64,000 bases of DNA from an uncultured bacterium (lineage in GTDB: Bacteria > Patescibacteriota > Minisyncoccia > UBA6257 > 2-01-FULL-56-20), in NCBI GenBank assembly GCA_963844965.1, contig CAWJQC010000007.1:192001-256000 (forward strand), read 5' to 3'. The number at the start of each line of letters is the position of its first letter. Position 1 is the stretch's first letter. A program made the translations under genes and the position numbers. The notes beneath the pieces were generated by a model that saw only the letters and a program-made list of their open reading frames with translations, did no database searches and was not told the origin of the DNA. Positions 27,153-36,496 of this stretch are shown here, one piece after another.

Positions 27153-27869
27153 ATGAAAATAAAAAAACCAATCAAGATTACACCCCAACGTTCCTCGACA
27201 GAACTGGACTACCACGCCTTACTCGCAAAATACCCCTGGATGGCTAAGCGAGGACAAAATTGTATCGTAAGCCCAGATAGTGATGGTCTGCTTTGCGGTC
27301 TCCTTATGTCGTACTATCTAGGATGGCGGATTTGCGGATTTTATGACGGGAAAGTTCTCGTTCTCGAAGATGGTTGCAATCCTCAAGAAAGTGTTTTTCT
27401 CGACATGGAAATATTCCGGCCGAATATCCGCAGCGTTGGACAACATATGGTCATGTATGACAAGGCGGACCTACCACCAAACTGGCAAAATTTCGACAAT
27501 TGTATTGCTGCAAATAATCTAAGGAATTACGACTTTAAAAATGATTTCAAGCTCAAATATCCGCTTGGAACAGTTCATCTCCTGCTTGCTATTTTAGGAC
27601 AGAGCAACACCATCCCTATCACCAAAAATGGAGTGAGCCCGTTATTATATACCGACGGAACTTTTAAGAATCAATTTAACTATCCAGAAAATTGCTTGAG
27701 TTGGTTGGATTTTTTGGGAGCAAATCAGGCAAATAGTCCACTTCAAAAAATCTTTCTAGACAGACATTATTCAACTTATGAATTAATGGTTGAGCTGAAA
27801 GATTTATTTTTGAAATTCAATGTCATTGGAGGAGGAAAACGTGGCGGTGATAAAATCAAGAATCTCTGA
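27153..27869 (+). CDS. hypothetical protein (low-GC island); speculative nuclease
   Basis: AT-rich ORF convergent with the methyltransferase gene; SPDSDG...LEDG...DME acidic motifs but no firm PD-(D/E)xK assignment. Confidence 0.4.
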   Translation: MKIKKPIKITPQRSSTELDYHALLAKYPWMAKRGQNCIVSPDSDGLLCGLLMSYYLGWRICGFYDGKVLVLEDGCNPQESVFLDMEIFRPNIRSVGQHMVMYDKADLPPNWQNFDNCIAANNLRNYDFKNDFKLKYPLGTVHLLLAILGQSNTIPITKNGVSPLLYTDGTFKNQFNYPENCLSWLDFLGANQANSPLQKIFLDRHYSTYELMVELKDLFLKFNVIGGGKRGGDKIKNL

Positions 27870-28155
27870 TTCGCGAGGAAATATTGTTAACATCGACTCT
27901 CGTACCAACCTCCTCAAGACAGAAACTAGGACTCAAGCAGAAAATCTTTTGGAAATGTTGGCAGACAAAACTAAGTGGACATTTACGTCCGCTCATTGGC
28001 CGTGGGGTCCATATCAAACCACTCGATTTAGAAAAGGCAGCGTAAAACCTGGGAAGGCTCGTTACAACGCGCTTCTTGCTCAAAATCCCATATCTCTCGC
28101 GATTATCAGCCGAGAGAGTATTGAATATACGATAGACGAAAACGGAATGTTCTAG
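27820..28155 (+). CDS. hypothetical protein
   Basis: ORF overlapping the previous gene's end; no recognisable domain. Confidence 0.3.
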   Translation: MSLEEENVAVIKSRISDSRGNIVNIDSRTNLLKTETRTQAENLLEMLADKTKWTFTSAHWPWGPYQTTRFRKGSVKPGKARYNALLAQNPISLAIISRESIEYTIDENGMF

Positions 28156-29609
28156 AGCAATCTGTTTTGTGACGCCAAAACGCATTCTTCCTTCATGCGT
28201 TTTTCTGCAATCGCACAGTACTCGGGCGCAATATCAATTCCGATATACTTGTGCCCCAAATTCTTTGCCGCAACGGTAGTAGTGCCACTTCCAACAAAAG
28301 GATCTAAGACGACCCCATTTTTGGGACAGAAGCATTGTATGAAATCGTACGGCAATTGATTTGGAAATGTTGCCGGATGTTGATGTTTTAGTCGGCTGCC
28401 GTCACCGGCCGTGAGATATTCCCAAATCGTCCCCCGGCACTTCATGGGATTTATCTTGATGGGTCGGGTGTTTATCCGTGTGCCATTTGTCAGGCGAGTG
28501 CCTCCGCCTGTCAATGTTTTCCCGCCCCACTTAGACGGTATTTTGAGTGGTTCTTTATTGAAATGCTGTGGCCTTTCTCCTTTTAGGAAAATTGGCATAT
28601 ATTCGTGGTCGACACGGAAGCGTTTATTCCACCAAGCGCCCTCCGCGCCGTACTTTCTATAGATGGTGGTCTCAAAAAGTTTAAATCCTACATTATCACA
28701 CCAATCTATTATTGTTTTGAAAGAGGTCAGCGATTTCGCGAAATTTTTTGTTTGATCTTGGATGACCATTACGGCTACTCCGCCGTCTTTCAGCGCTCTG
28801 TATATTTCTCTTCCTGTCTCGTGGAGATTAAATTTCGGCCTTCCTTTGTAGTCGCGTACGGCATCGTACGGAGGCGAAGTGACTACAATATCCACCGAAT
28901 TGGGGGGAAACTCTTTCATTATATCTACCGCATCGCCGCAAATGATTTTATTTAGCGGCAATTCTTCATATTTTTTAACTTCTTTGTGCTCGGGAAGTTG
29001 TATTGTTGACGCTCCTTCTTCCCGGATAACATCAAGCACTATTCCTTGGATTGAAACATCTCGTCCGTTTCGGAAGATAAGCGGCTCCATATTTTTATTG
29101 GCCGGTTGCAAACGAATATGTCCTCGTTCTTTATAAAATTTCTTAAGTGTTGCTTCGTGATTATCAATAAGCGCCACCACTTTTTGTCCGTTCTCGGCGA
29201 TTTTCTGCTGTTTTACCAAAACGATATCTCCATCGTTGATATTCTCATCAACCATGCTATTACCGACAACCTTTAGTGCGTAAATCTGGCCAGAACCGGG
29301 TAATCTACTTTGAGGAACAGCGATGGTCTCTCTGTCTTCTATGGCCTCAATCGGTTGGCCTGCGGCTATGGTTCCCAGCAGAGAAATACTTATCATCTTT
29401 TCTGATTTTGAAATTTCTATCCCTCGCGGCTGACTCGTCGCCTTTGTCAATAATCCTTTCTCTTTCAACGATTCAATATGCTGGTGAATAGTTGAGACCG
29501 AACTTAACCGGAAATGCTTTTTAATTTCCTCAAGCGATGGAGCGAACCCCCTTTTCTTGGTAAAACTTTTTATAAAATCCAAAATTTGTTTTTGGCGTTT
29601 GGTTAGCAT
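28152..29609 (-). CDS. LexA repressor (HTH + S24 autopeptidase) fused to beta-class N4-cytosine/N6-adenine DNA methyltransferase
   Basis: N-terminal 200 aa match LexA end to end: KRQKQILDFIK HTH, AAG cleavage site, Ser nucleophile GNSM (Asn in place of canonical Asp), catalytic Lys in IVLVKQQ. C-terminal half has MTase motif IV SPPY, motif I DPFVGSGTT and target-recognition region. Confidence 0.8.
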   Translation of the reverse strand: MLTKRQKQILDFIKSFTKKRGFAPSLEEIKKHFRLSSVSTIHQHIESLKEKGLLTKATSQPRGIEISKSEKMISISLLGTIAAGQPIEAIEDRETIAVPQSRLPGSGQIYALKVVGNSMVDENINDGDIVLVKQQKIAENGQKVVALIDNHEATLKKFYKERGHIRLQPANKNMEPLIFRNGRDVSIQGIVLDVIREEGASTIQLPEHKEVKKYEELPLNKIICGDAVDIMKEFPPNSVDIVVTSPPYDAVRDYKGRPKFNLHETGREIYRALKDGGVAVMVIQDQTKNFAKSLTSFKTIIDWCDNVGFKLFETTIYRKYGAEGAWWNKRFRVDHEYMPIFLKGERPQHFNKEPLKIPSKWGGKTLTGGGTRLTNGTRINTRPIKINPMKCRGTIWEYLTAGDGSRLKHQHPATFPNQLPYDFIQCFCPKNGVVLDPFVGSGTTTVAAKNLGHKYIGIDIAPEYCAIAEKRMKEECVLASQNRLL

Positions 29610-29749
29610 AGTTTGATTATACCAGCATCCCCAATCTTTTGCCTGTGGATAACTTTCGGTTTATTTTCGGTATGGTTTATGTTATAATGTAATCAACAAC
29701 AAAAGGCGTAAGGTACCAAGAAAATAGAGCAAAAATTTAGTTTTTAAAC

Positions 29750-30226
29750 ATGTGGCAATTTACCGAACAATATAAAAGGGTTGAAAGGTGGCACGCTAGA
29801 CTAAAAGCAATCTGTCGGAAAGTTCCAAAAGATATTGGAGACGATGAAGACATTCAAGGCAGAGATGACATTTTGGCGTTTTTTCAAAATTGTTACCATC
29901 TGAAAGATTGGGTTGAGAATGATGGTTCATGCCAAATTGCCGACAAGAAAAATGTAGTCGAAAATTTCATTAAAAATTCAGAATTTTTAAAGGTGTGCAA
30001 AGATGTTTGCAATGCGTCTAAGCACTTAGAGGTGGGACATCAAAGAATAGATCCGAGCGAGATTGTTAATTATGAGTTTTTTATATCAGGACCAAGTTTT
30101 TCTAACGGTGTTGTTACGAAACGCAATTTTAAAATTAGAGAACAGTATGAGGCGTTAGATCTCGCAGATAAATGTATGGGTGAGTGGCACGACTTTTTTA
30201 ATAAACAAGGAATGTCTTGGTCATGA
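29750..30226 (+). CDS. hypothetical protein (island cargo)
   Basis: 158-aa ORF preceded by an extended -10 TGTTATAAT; no domain recognised. Confidence 0.4.
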   Translation: MWQFTEQYKRVERWHARLKAICRKVPKDIGDDEDIQGRDDILAFFQNCYHLKDWVENDGSCQIADKKNVVENFIKNSEFLKVCKDVCNASKHLEVGHQRIDPSEIVNYEFFISGPSFSNGVVTKRNFKIREQYEALDLADKCMGEWHDFFNKQGMSWS

Positions 30227-30331
30227 TTGCCTACCCCATAATCCGAAAATCCCACGAATCCTGCGAAAAAGCGAAAGAATTATTAGAAGAAGCCAAACGA
30301 AAGGTCGAGGAAATGATAGAAAAGAAATAAA

Positions 30332-30628
30332 ATGCCCAAATTTAGTAGGCTCAAAAAATTTACGAAAACGAACATTGAGAAAATACCTAAAAATAAATCA
30401 ATAGTATATAAGCTTACAAATACTGCTGGCAAAAACTTATATACGGGTATTGCTGGACGTGGCAGAACCGTTAAGCGCCTGCTCGAACACAAAAAACTTA
30501 AGAAGGACGAGATAAAGGGGGCGTCTCGTTTTAAGATCGCTCAAGTATCTACCAAAAAGCGAGCGGCTCAGATTGAAAAGCAAATTATAAAAAGGGAAAA
30601 ACCAGAGTTTAACATCCAGCATAAGTAA
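30332..30628 (+). CDS. GIY-YIG nuclease domain small protein
   Basis: IVYKLTN...LYTGIAG...RLLEH pattern (GIY-YIG core with Arg and Glu). Confidence 0.55.
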   Translation: MPKFSRLKKFTKTNIEKIPKNKSIVYKLTNTAGKNLYTGIAGRGRTVKRLLEHKKLKKDEIKGASRFKIAQVSTKKRAAQIEKQIIKREKPEFNIQHK

Positions 30629-30648
30629 ATTATGCTATAATTTATATT

Positions 30649-31452
30649 ATGAAAACCATTAAAGAATTACTGGAACTTTCGGGGAAAACGGCGATCGTAA
30701 CCGGCGGGGCGGCCGGCATCGGTTTTGGCGTGAGTTCGCGCCTCGCGGAAGCGGGTGCGAACGTCCTTATCGCGGATATGAACGCGGAGAACGCGGAAAA
30801 GGCGAAAAAAGAATTGTTGAGCGGCGGCTGGAAGGCGGAGGCCGTGCATGCAGACGTTTCAAACGAGGATGACGTTCGGAAAATGGTGGAGAAAGCGGTT
30901 GACGCTTTCGGCGGCGTGGACATTCTCGTGAACAACGCCGGAATTTATCCGAGCATCCCCGTGATGAATATGTCGGCGGCGGATTTTGAAAAAGTTATCG
31001 CCGTTAATCTTAAGGGCGTTTTCCTTTGCACGAAAAAAGCGGCGGAGCGGATGATATCGCAGGGGCGCGGCGGGAAAATTATTAACATCACTTCCATTGA
31101 CGCTCTGCATCCTTCGTCCGTCGGCCTTGCCCACTACGATGCTTCCAAACATGGCGTCTGGGGTTTCACGAAGAACGTGGCTTTAGAGCTCGCACCGCAC
31201 AATATCTGGGTGAATGCCGTGGCTCCGGGCGGCATAGCGACTCCGGGAGTTGCCGATTCGCAGAAAACGGCTCCGACCGCGGTCGGAGTGGATATGAAGA
31301 AAGTGCTTGAAGGATTTCTCGCCAAAATCCCGATGAAGCGGATGGGGGAGCCGGACGATATCGGCAAGGTTGTGCTTTTTCTCGCCTCGGAAATGTCTTC
31401 TTATATGACGGGCAGCCAGATAGTGGTGGACGGCGGATATTTGCTGATGTAA
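30649..31452 (+). CDS. SDR-family oxidoreductase (FabG-like)
   Basis: TGGAAGIGFG cofactor motif and catalytic YDASK. Confidence 0.85.
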   Translation: MKTIKELLELSGKTAIVTGGAAGIGFGVSSRLAEAGANVLIADMNAENAEKAKKELLSGGWKAEAVHADVSNEDDVRKMVEKAVDAFGGVDILVNNAGIYPSIPVMNMSAADFEKVIAVNLKGVFLCTKKAAERMISQGRGGKIINITSIDALHPSSVGLAHYDASKHGVWGFTKNVALELAPHNIWVNAVAPGGIATPGVADSQKTAPTAVGVDMKKVLEGFLAKIPMKRMGEPDDIGKVVLFLASEMSSYMTGSQIVVDGGYLLM

Positions 31453-31549
31453 TAAACGACGAATTTTCTTCGTAAAGTATTCCGCTATTGATATTTTGAA
31501 TGAAGTTAGTTATGATATGACACAGTCCTGAATTGATAAGGAGGGAGCG

Positions 31550-32844
31550 TTGAAGACAAAATATAGAATATTAGATACAAGCAGAGTTCTGGGGATAATC
31601 TGCGCCGGCGGCGACGGAACCAGAATTGAGCCGCTTTCAAGATACAGAGCCAAACCGGCCATTCCGATCGGCGGCAGCCACCGGCTGATAGACATCGCGC
31701 TTTCAAATAGCCTGAATTCCGGATCACGCACAACTGCGTGATCGTCCAGAAACGTCCCCAATCTCTTGTCGCGCACCTTGACGGCTACTCCAACGGCGTG
31801 GCGCAGATGCGCGGGCAGTTCATCCACACGCTTTCTCCTCCGAGAGAGGAGGAGAGATTTTTCGCGTCGGATGTTGATTCGTTCATCCAGCTCCGCGGCC
31901 ACCTTGTGGCTGAGGGTTTTGATATCGTCCTCATAACTATGGCCGACCAGGTGGTAAAAATAGATTACCGGCAGGTTATTGAGAGTTTACTTGAGGGGAA
32001 CGCGGACGCCGTCATGGTGTACAACGCCATGCCGGTTAAGGTCGCGAGTGGCGCCCTTGGCGTGATGGAAGTGGACAGCGACGATGCCGTGATGGGCATG
32101 GAAGAAAAACCGCGGGAGCCGAAAGAAATTCCGGGGCGGCCAGGTTTTTGCGTGGCAAATTTAGCCATGTATGCCGTTAAAATGGACGTTTTCGGCGATA
32201 TGCTGGACTACGTTCAAGGGCATCACGAACCGGAAAGCACGCTTTCCAATTCCGGCATTCCCTGGCTCATTAAGAATCGGAAGGTGCTTGGCTACGATCT
32301 CGGCGACAATGTGGTTGTCGGCGCTTCCGAGCGGGAAAAGAATTATTTTGCCGATACGGGAACCGTTGACGCCTGGTTTGATGTGCAGATGAAAATGTGC
32401 GGCCGCAATCCCGCTTTCAATTTTTACTCGCGGGACTGGCCGATATACACCGCGCCTCGCTGGCCGATGAGTTCGGCGAAAGTGGACGACGCCAGACATA
32501 TTTCCGAAGTTCTTTTCGGATGGGGCGTGATCTGCGAAGACAGAGTTGTTGTGGAAAAAAGCGTGGTGAGCACAGGAGTCAACGTGAGACACGACAGCTC
32601 GATAACGAATTGCGTGATTCTTGATGGCGCGGATATAGGGCCGGGTTGCGCGTTGGACAGGGTGGTGATCGAAAAGAACATTAAGATACCTGCCGGGACC
32701 AAACTCTCGCCGCTTGATCCGCCGGATTCCACGATCAAGTTCGCCGACCTCTACGCGAAGATTAAGGCCGGCGAGACCTGCGAGAACACTCCAGTTTTGA
32801 CTGACGGGGGAGCGCTGGTTTTCCCCAAATTCTACAAGTTTTAG
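31550..32844 (+). pseudogene. glgC: glucose-1-phosphate adenylyltransferase with a 1-nt deletion frameshift near codon 60 (sequencing error possible)
   Basis: N-terminal [31 protein letters not shown]...LNSG ends at TGA 31739-31741. Conserved GlgC continuation ([15 protein letters not shown]...) resumes in the -1 frame; missing A in ggAatc at about 31728. Confidence 0.75.
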
Positions 32845-33010
32845 TTGGCGGGCGCGCTTGAGCACAAGCTTGGCGCGCCTTTTTTATTTGCTGACGTTGA
32901 AAATTTGGTGCAAAGAGAAGCGAGAGAATATAAGAAGCCGACTTTTCTTATGGGTTGGAATATTCATAACCCAATGTTTAGGGGAACAGAAAGCGGAAGT
33001 TGTGCCGAAT

Positions 33011-34216
33011 TCAGTCAAGAATCTGGATTTTCGCGAGATGAAAAGCGATTTTCGGATGTTTCAGAAGCGCATTCTTATCATAAAAGAAGAAGGCGTGATA
33101 TAAATCTTCCGGCGGCAGGTCGCGCACCGTTTCCGTGAACTCGTCCCATTGCTTGTCTGAGAATTTAAGCCAGTATCGTTTCGCCGCGGCTGCTATAAAA
33201 CTCCACGTTGGCTCAAAAATTTCCCTCCACCGCTGCTCATAGGTTTCTTTCAAAGCCGGCAAATCCTTGTCCGCTGATAGCCACTCGTGGACGACTTGCG
33301 CGGCTAGCCGGCCAGCTTTCATGGCGTGCCGTACGCCCTCGCCGGCAGCCGGATTGATTTGATGGGCTGCGTCTCCTATGATGATGATATTCTTGTGGAC
33401 GTGATGTTTCACGCCTCCATCGGCGTTTGCTCCGCCAGCGTGGATTTCAATGGGCTCCATGCGGGCGAAATACTTCATATTGCCGATAAATTTGTCCTGG
33501 AATTGTTTCAAATCATCGCTGTTGGCGCTGATTCCCACGGTGCATGTGCCGACCTTCGCGTGTTTGCCCCCGTCCATCGGGAATATCCATGAGTAACCGC
33601 GCGTCGCGTACTCGGAACCGACATAAAAAGCGAGCGTTCGGTTGAGTTCCAGAGGGCAACTGGTCATCATGTATTCCATGGCGGTCGCGTACATTTCTTT
33701 CGCTTCCGGGTTTATATGAAGTTTGCCGTTTGAGAATTCGTGATGGCCGCTCGCGTCAATGATGACGCGAGCTAACACCTCGCCGCTTCCCAAGGCACCA
33801 TTATATCTTACGCCGCCGAAGCGGCCGTTTCGTTCAATTAATTCTTCCACATTCGTGCCGATGAGTGCCTCCGCGCCGTTGTCGCAGGCATCGCCGGTAA
33901 GAAATTTGCGCAGTTTGGCGAAATCAAACACATATCCGGCGGTTTGCGGAAATTTCCAGGACGCTTTTGTTCGCGGCGTGGCGAAAAGTATTTCGTCCCA
34001 TTCGGCGGCAACCAATTCCATCGGCAACGAAAATTCTTCAATGGTTTCTTTGGGCGTGCCGGCGGTTGAATAGTTCGGTTCGCCGATTTCCTGCGAGCGT
34101 TCAATGACGAGAACTTTCCGCCCAAGCTTCGCGAGCTCACGCGCCGCCTCGCCGCCGGCCGGTCCGGCGCCGATGACGATAACGTCAAATTGTTCTGAAT
34201 CAACTTTTTGGCTCAT
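33011..34216 (-). CDS. FAD-dependent oxidoreductase, geranylgeranyl reductase family
   Basis: DVIVIGAGPAGGEAA dinucleotide fold; about 400 aa. Confidence 0.7.
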   Translation of the reverse strand: MSQKVDSEQFDVIVIGAGPAGGEAARELAKLGRKVLVIERSQEIGEPNYSTAGTPKETIEEFSLPMELVAAEWDEILFATPRTKASWKFPQTAGYVFDFAKLRKFLTGDACDNGAEALIGTNVEELIERNGRFGGVRYNGALGSGEVLARVIIDASGHHEFSNGKLHINPEAKEMYATAMEYMMTSCPLELNRTLAFYVGSEYATRGYSWIFPMDGGKHAKVGTCTVGISANSDDLKQFQDKFIGNMKYFARMEPIEIHAGGANADGGVKHHVHKNIIIIGDAAHQINPAAGEGVRHAMKAGRLAAQVVHEWLSADKDLPALKETYEQRWREIFEPTWSFIAAAAKRYWLKFSDKQWDEFTETVRDLPPEDLYHAFFFYDKNALLKHPKIAFHLAKIQILD

Positions 34217-34395
34217 ATTTTGTCGTGGTGTTGTTTAATTATATCAAATGACGGGTGTGGGAGTTTGCCATTACAAGCAGGACCCGAGGAAAGTTTCCGC
34301 ATAGGCATTTCCATCGCGCGGCACGATGATTTCGTGCCGCTTTTATTTTCTTGTCTTTTATTGAAAAATTTGCTAAATTTTATACGTAAAGTTGT

Positions 34396-34466
34396 GCCAC
34401 CTTAGCTCAGCGGTAGAGCAGCACTTTCGTAAAGTGACGGTCCCGGTTCAAATCCGGGAGGTGGCT
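34396..34466 (+). tRNA. tRNA, anticodon most likely CGT (Thr); CCA not encoded
   Basis: Acceptor gccacct/aggtggc, D arm gctc-agcggta-gagc, anticodon loop ttCGTaa, T arm cccgg-ttcaaat-ccggg. Confidence 0.75.
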
Positions 34467-34598
34467 CAAAACCGACCGGATTTGAACGAAGGGTGGGTCG
34501 GAGGGAAAGCGGCCGGGTTCCCTCCGTGCGGGAAATTATTCAGAACCGTGGGTTCTGAAAGCGCAGCCCCGAGCTTGTCGAGGGGCGAGCAGTGAAAT

Positions 34599-34615
34599 AT
34601 CCGGGAGGTGGCTCA
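34599..34615 (+). repeat. 17-nt direct repeat of the tRNA 3' end (atccgggaggtggctca; first copy 34452-34468)
   Basis: Exact duplicate of the T-loop-to-3'-end segment 147 bp downstream; att-like. Confidence 0.7.
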
Positions 34616-34808
34616 GAGAAGTGGCGGGGTGAAGCGGAGCAATGCTTTTCCGCCAGAGGCGGATAAACTCCAAGCAGAGGTTGGAGGCCTGCCCCGTACA
34701 ATTGCGAAGCAATTTGTTCGGGGTTCGACTCCTCCCTGCCGGCAGGCGGGCCTGCCGGCGCAGGCGGGTCTCCGGCTCCAGAAAATAAATTTAAAATATA
34801 CGTAATTA

Positions 34809-35213
34809 ATGGGGAGAAAACGTAAAGACACTTTCAGCGGAGAACTATTTCCTGCTCCCGAGGAATCGCCTTTTGCTCCTGAAGAGATGGATAAGGCGGC
34901 GGAAGCTCTCGCGGCATCCGCCGAGGATACACCTCTCGGAGAGCCGCCGCCGGAGAACGAAGGTGATGAGTGGAGAGAAGCGCCTAAAAAAGAACCGTAT
35001 GCCTTCGGCGAGAGAATCCATAAACTGGACATGGGTCGTTTGGTGCTTTGTCCGGAATGCGGCGCTAAATTCAAAGGCAAGAGGCCGAGTATCGGGTTTG
35101 GCGAGATGAAATTCACGTGCTCGGCAGATAGCAACCACCGTTGGATTTTTGTTGCGGACAAAGATCCTGCCTCCGAGGGTGGCGTTGTCAAGAACCTGAA
35201 CGAGCAGAATTAA
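34809..35213 (+). CDS. hypothetical acidic protein with C-terminal zinc-ribbon-like CPEC...C motif
   Basis: ORF with CPECGAKFKGK...FTCSAD; no family assigned. Confidence 0.4.
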   Translation: MGRKRKDTFSGELFPAPEESPFAPEEMDKAAEALAASAEDTPLGEPPPENEGDEWREAPKKEPYAFGERIHKLDMGRLVLCPECGAKFKGKRPSIGFGEMKFTCSADSNHRWIFVADKDPASEGGVVKNLNEQN

Positions 35214-35253
35214 TCTTCTAATCGGCTTAAGTTTTTTAAGGCAACCAGCTTCA

Positions 35254-36429
35254 TGGACTACAAACAAGAACTTCAGGAGCTTGAGGCTGAAGCCCGGCGG
35301 TTAGCCGGGCGGCTTTGACGTAGCGGGCAAGGAGCGAGAGATAGAAAAGTTGGAAGCCGAAATGTCCAGCGCAGGTTTTTGGTCGGACCGTGCGGCGGCA
35401 GACGAGAAAATAAAAACTCTTGGCGAGTTGCGTGATTTGGTTGATAAGTTTCATGTGATCGAGACCGGAATCAAAGAATTAAACGAGAAGGATATTACTC
35501 CTGCGCCTCCGAATGCCTTATCTCACGGAGTTATACCTACTCCTATTTCAAAATCTAAAGAATTAAAGGATGAGGATTTTACTTTGGTGTCTCCGGATTC
35601 CCTATCACACGGAGTTATACCCACTCCAATTTCTAAAACTTCCAAATTTTTCGAAATAAAAAAGAAACTCAGAGACCTTGAACTGACCACACTTTTTACT
35701 GGCAGGTATGACAAGCAGGCGGCCGTGCTTTCGGTGTATCCGGGCGCGGGCGGCGATGATGCCGAAGATTGGGCGCGGATGCTCGCTGAAATGTATGAAA
35801 ATTACGCCAAACGCCGCGGCTGGCAGCATAAAATGATTGACGACAATCCGCGCTCGCGAACATTTGAAGTTCGCGGCGCCTACGCTTATGGTTATCTGAA
35901 GAAAGAAGCCGGCGTTCACCGGCTCGTCAGAATTTCGCCGTTCTCGGCGAAGAAACTGCGGCACACGTCGTTCGCTTTGGTTGAGGTCGTGCCGGATCTG
36001 CCACCGGTTGAAGAGGCCAAGCTGCAAATTCCGGAAAAAGATCTGAAGCTGGAGTTTTCGCGAGCGGGCGGGCCGGGCGGCCAGAATGTGAACAAAGTGG
36101 AAACGGCGGTGCGGATAGTACACTTACCGACGGGGCTCGCCGTGAGTTCCCGCGCCGAGCGGGCGCAGGCGCAGAACCGCGAGCGGGCAATGAAACTCCT
36201 GAAGGCCAAGATATTCCAGCTGATGGAAAAGAATCAGGTGAAGGAATTGAGTGAGCTTCGGGTAAAGGTGAAACCGGAGTGGGGTAATCAGATCCGTTCT
36301 TACGTTTTGAATCCTTACCAGTTGGTGAAAGATCACAGAACCGAGGCGGAAACCGTGAGAGTTCACGAGGTTCTTGCCGGTGATTTGGACTCATTCATTG
36401 AAGCAGAGGCGGAATCCGGGCTAACTTAA
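35254..36429 (+). CDS. prfB: peptide chain release factor 2 with programmed +1 frameshift (CTT TGA C at 35313-35319)
   Basis: ORF0 [21 protein letters not shown] stops at TGA followed by C; the +1 frame continues [16 protein letters not shown]...; SPF and GGQ motifs present. Confidence 0.9.
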
Positions 36430-36496
36430 CGGCCGTCTTGTCCACATAAATAATCCGTTATATAATTAAACCGTCCGGCGAGAAACTTTCGCTCAG

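Noticed and set aside
31550-31741. The 63-aa ORF as an independent small gene.
   Set aside because: It is the N-terminal fragment of glgC separated by a frameshift.
34690-34720. GGTTCGACTCC T-loop-like motif, a possible second tRNA or tmRNA 3' end.
   Set aside because: Flanking sequence does not give complementary T-stem or acceptor strands (cgggg / cctcc). No foldable cloverleaf on either strand.
35313-35319. RF2 frame break as a possible sequencing error like the others.
   Set aside because: It is exactly the conserved CTT-TGA-C programmed +1 frameshift of prfB, so biological.
35605-36394. Minus-strand ORFs of 172, 155, 97 and 80 aa.
   Set aside because: Antisense to prfB; no independent signals.
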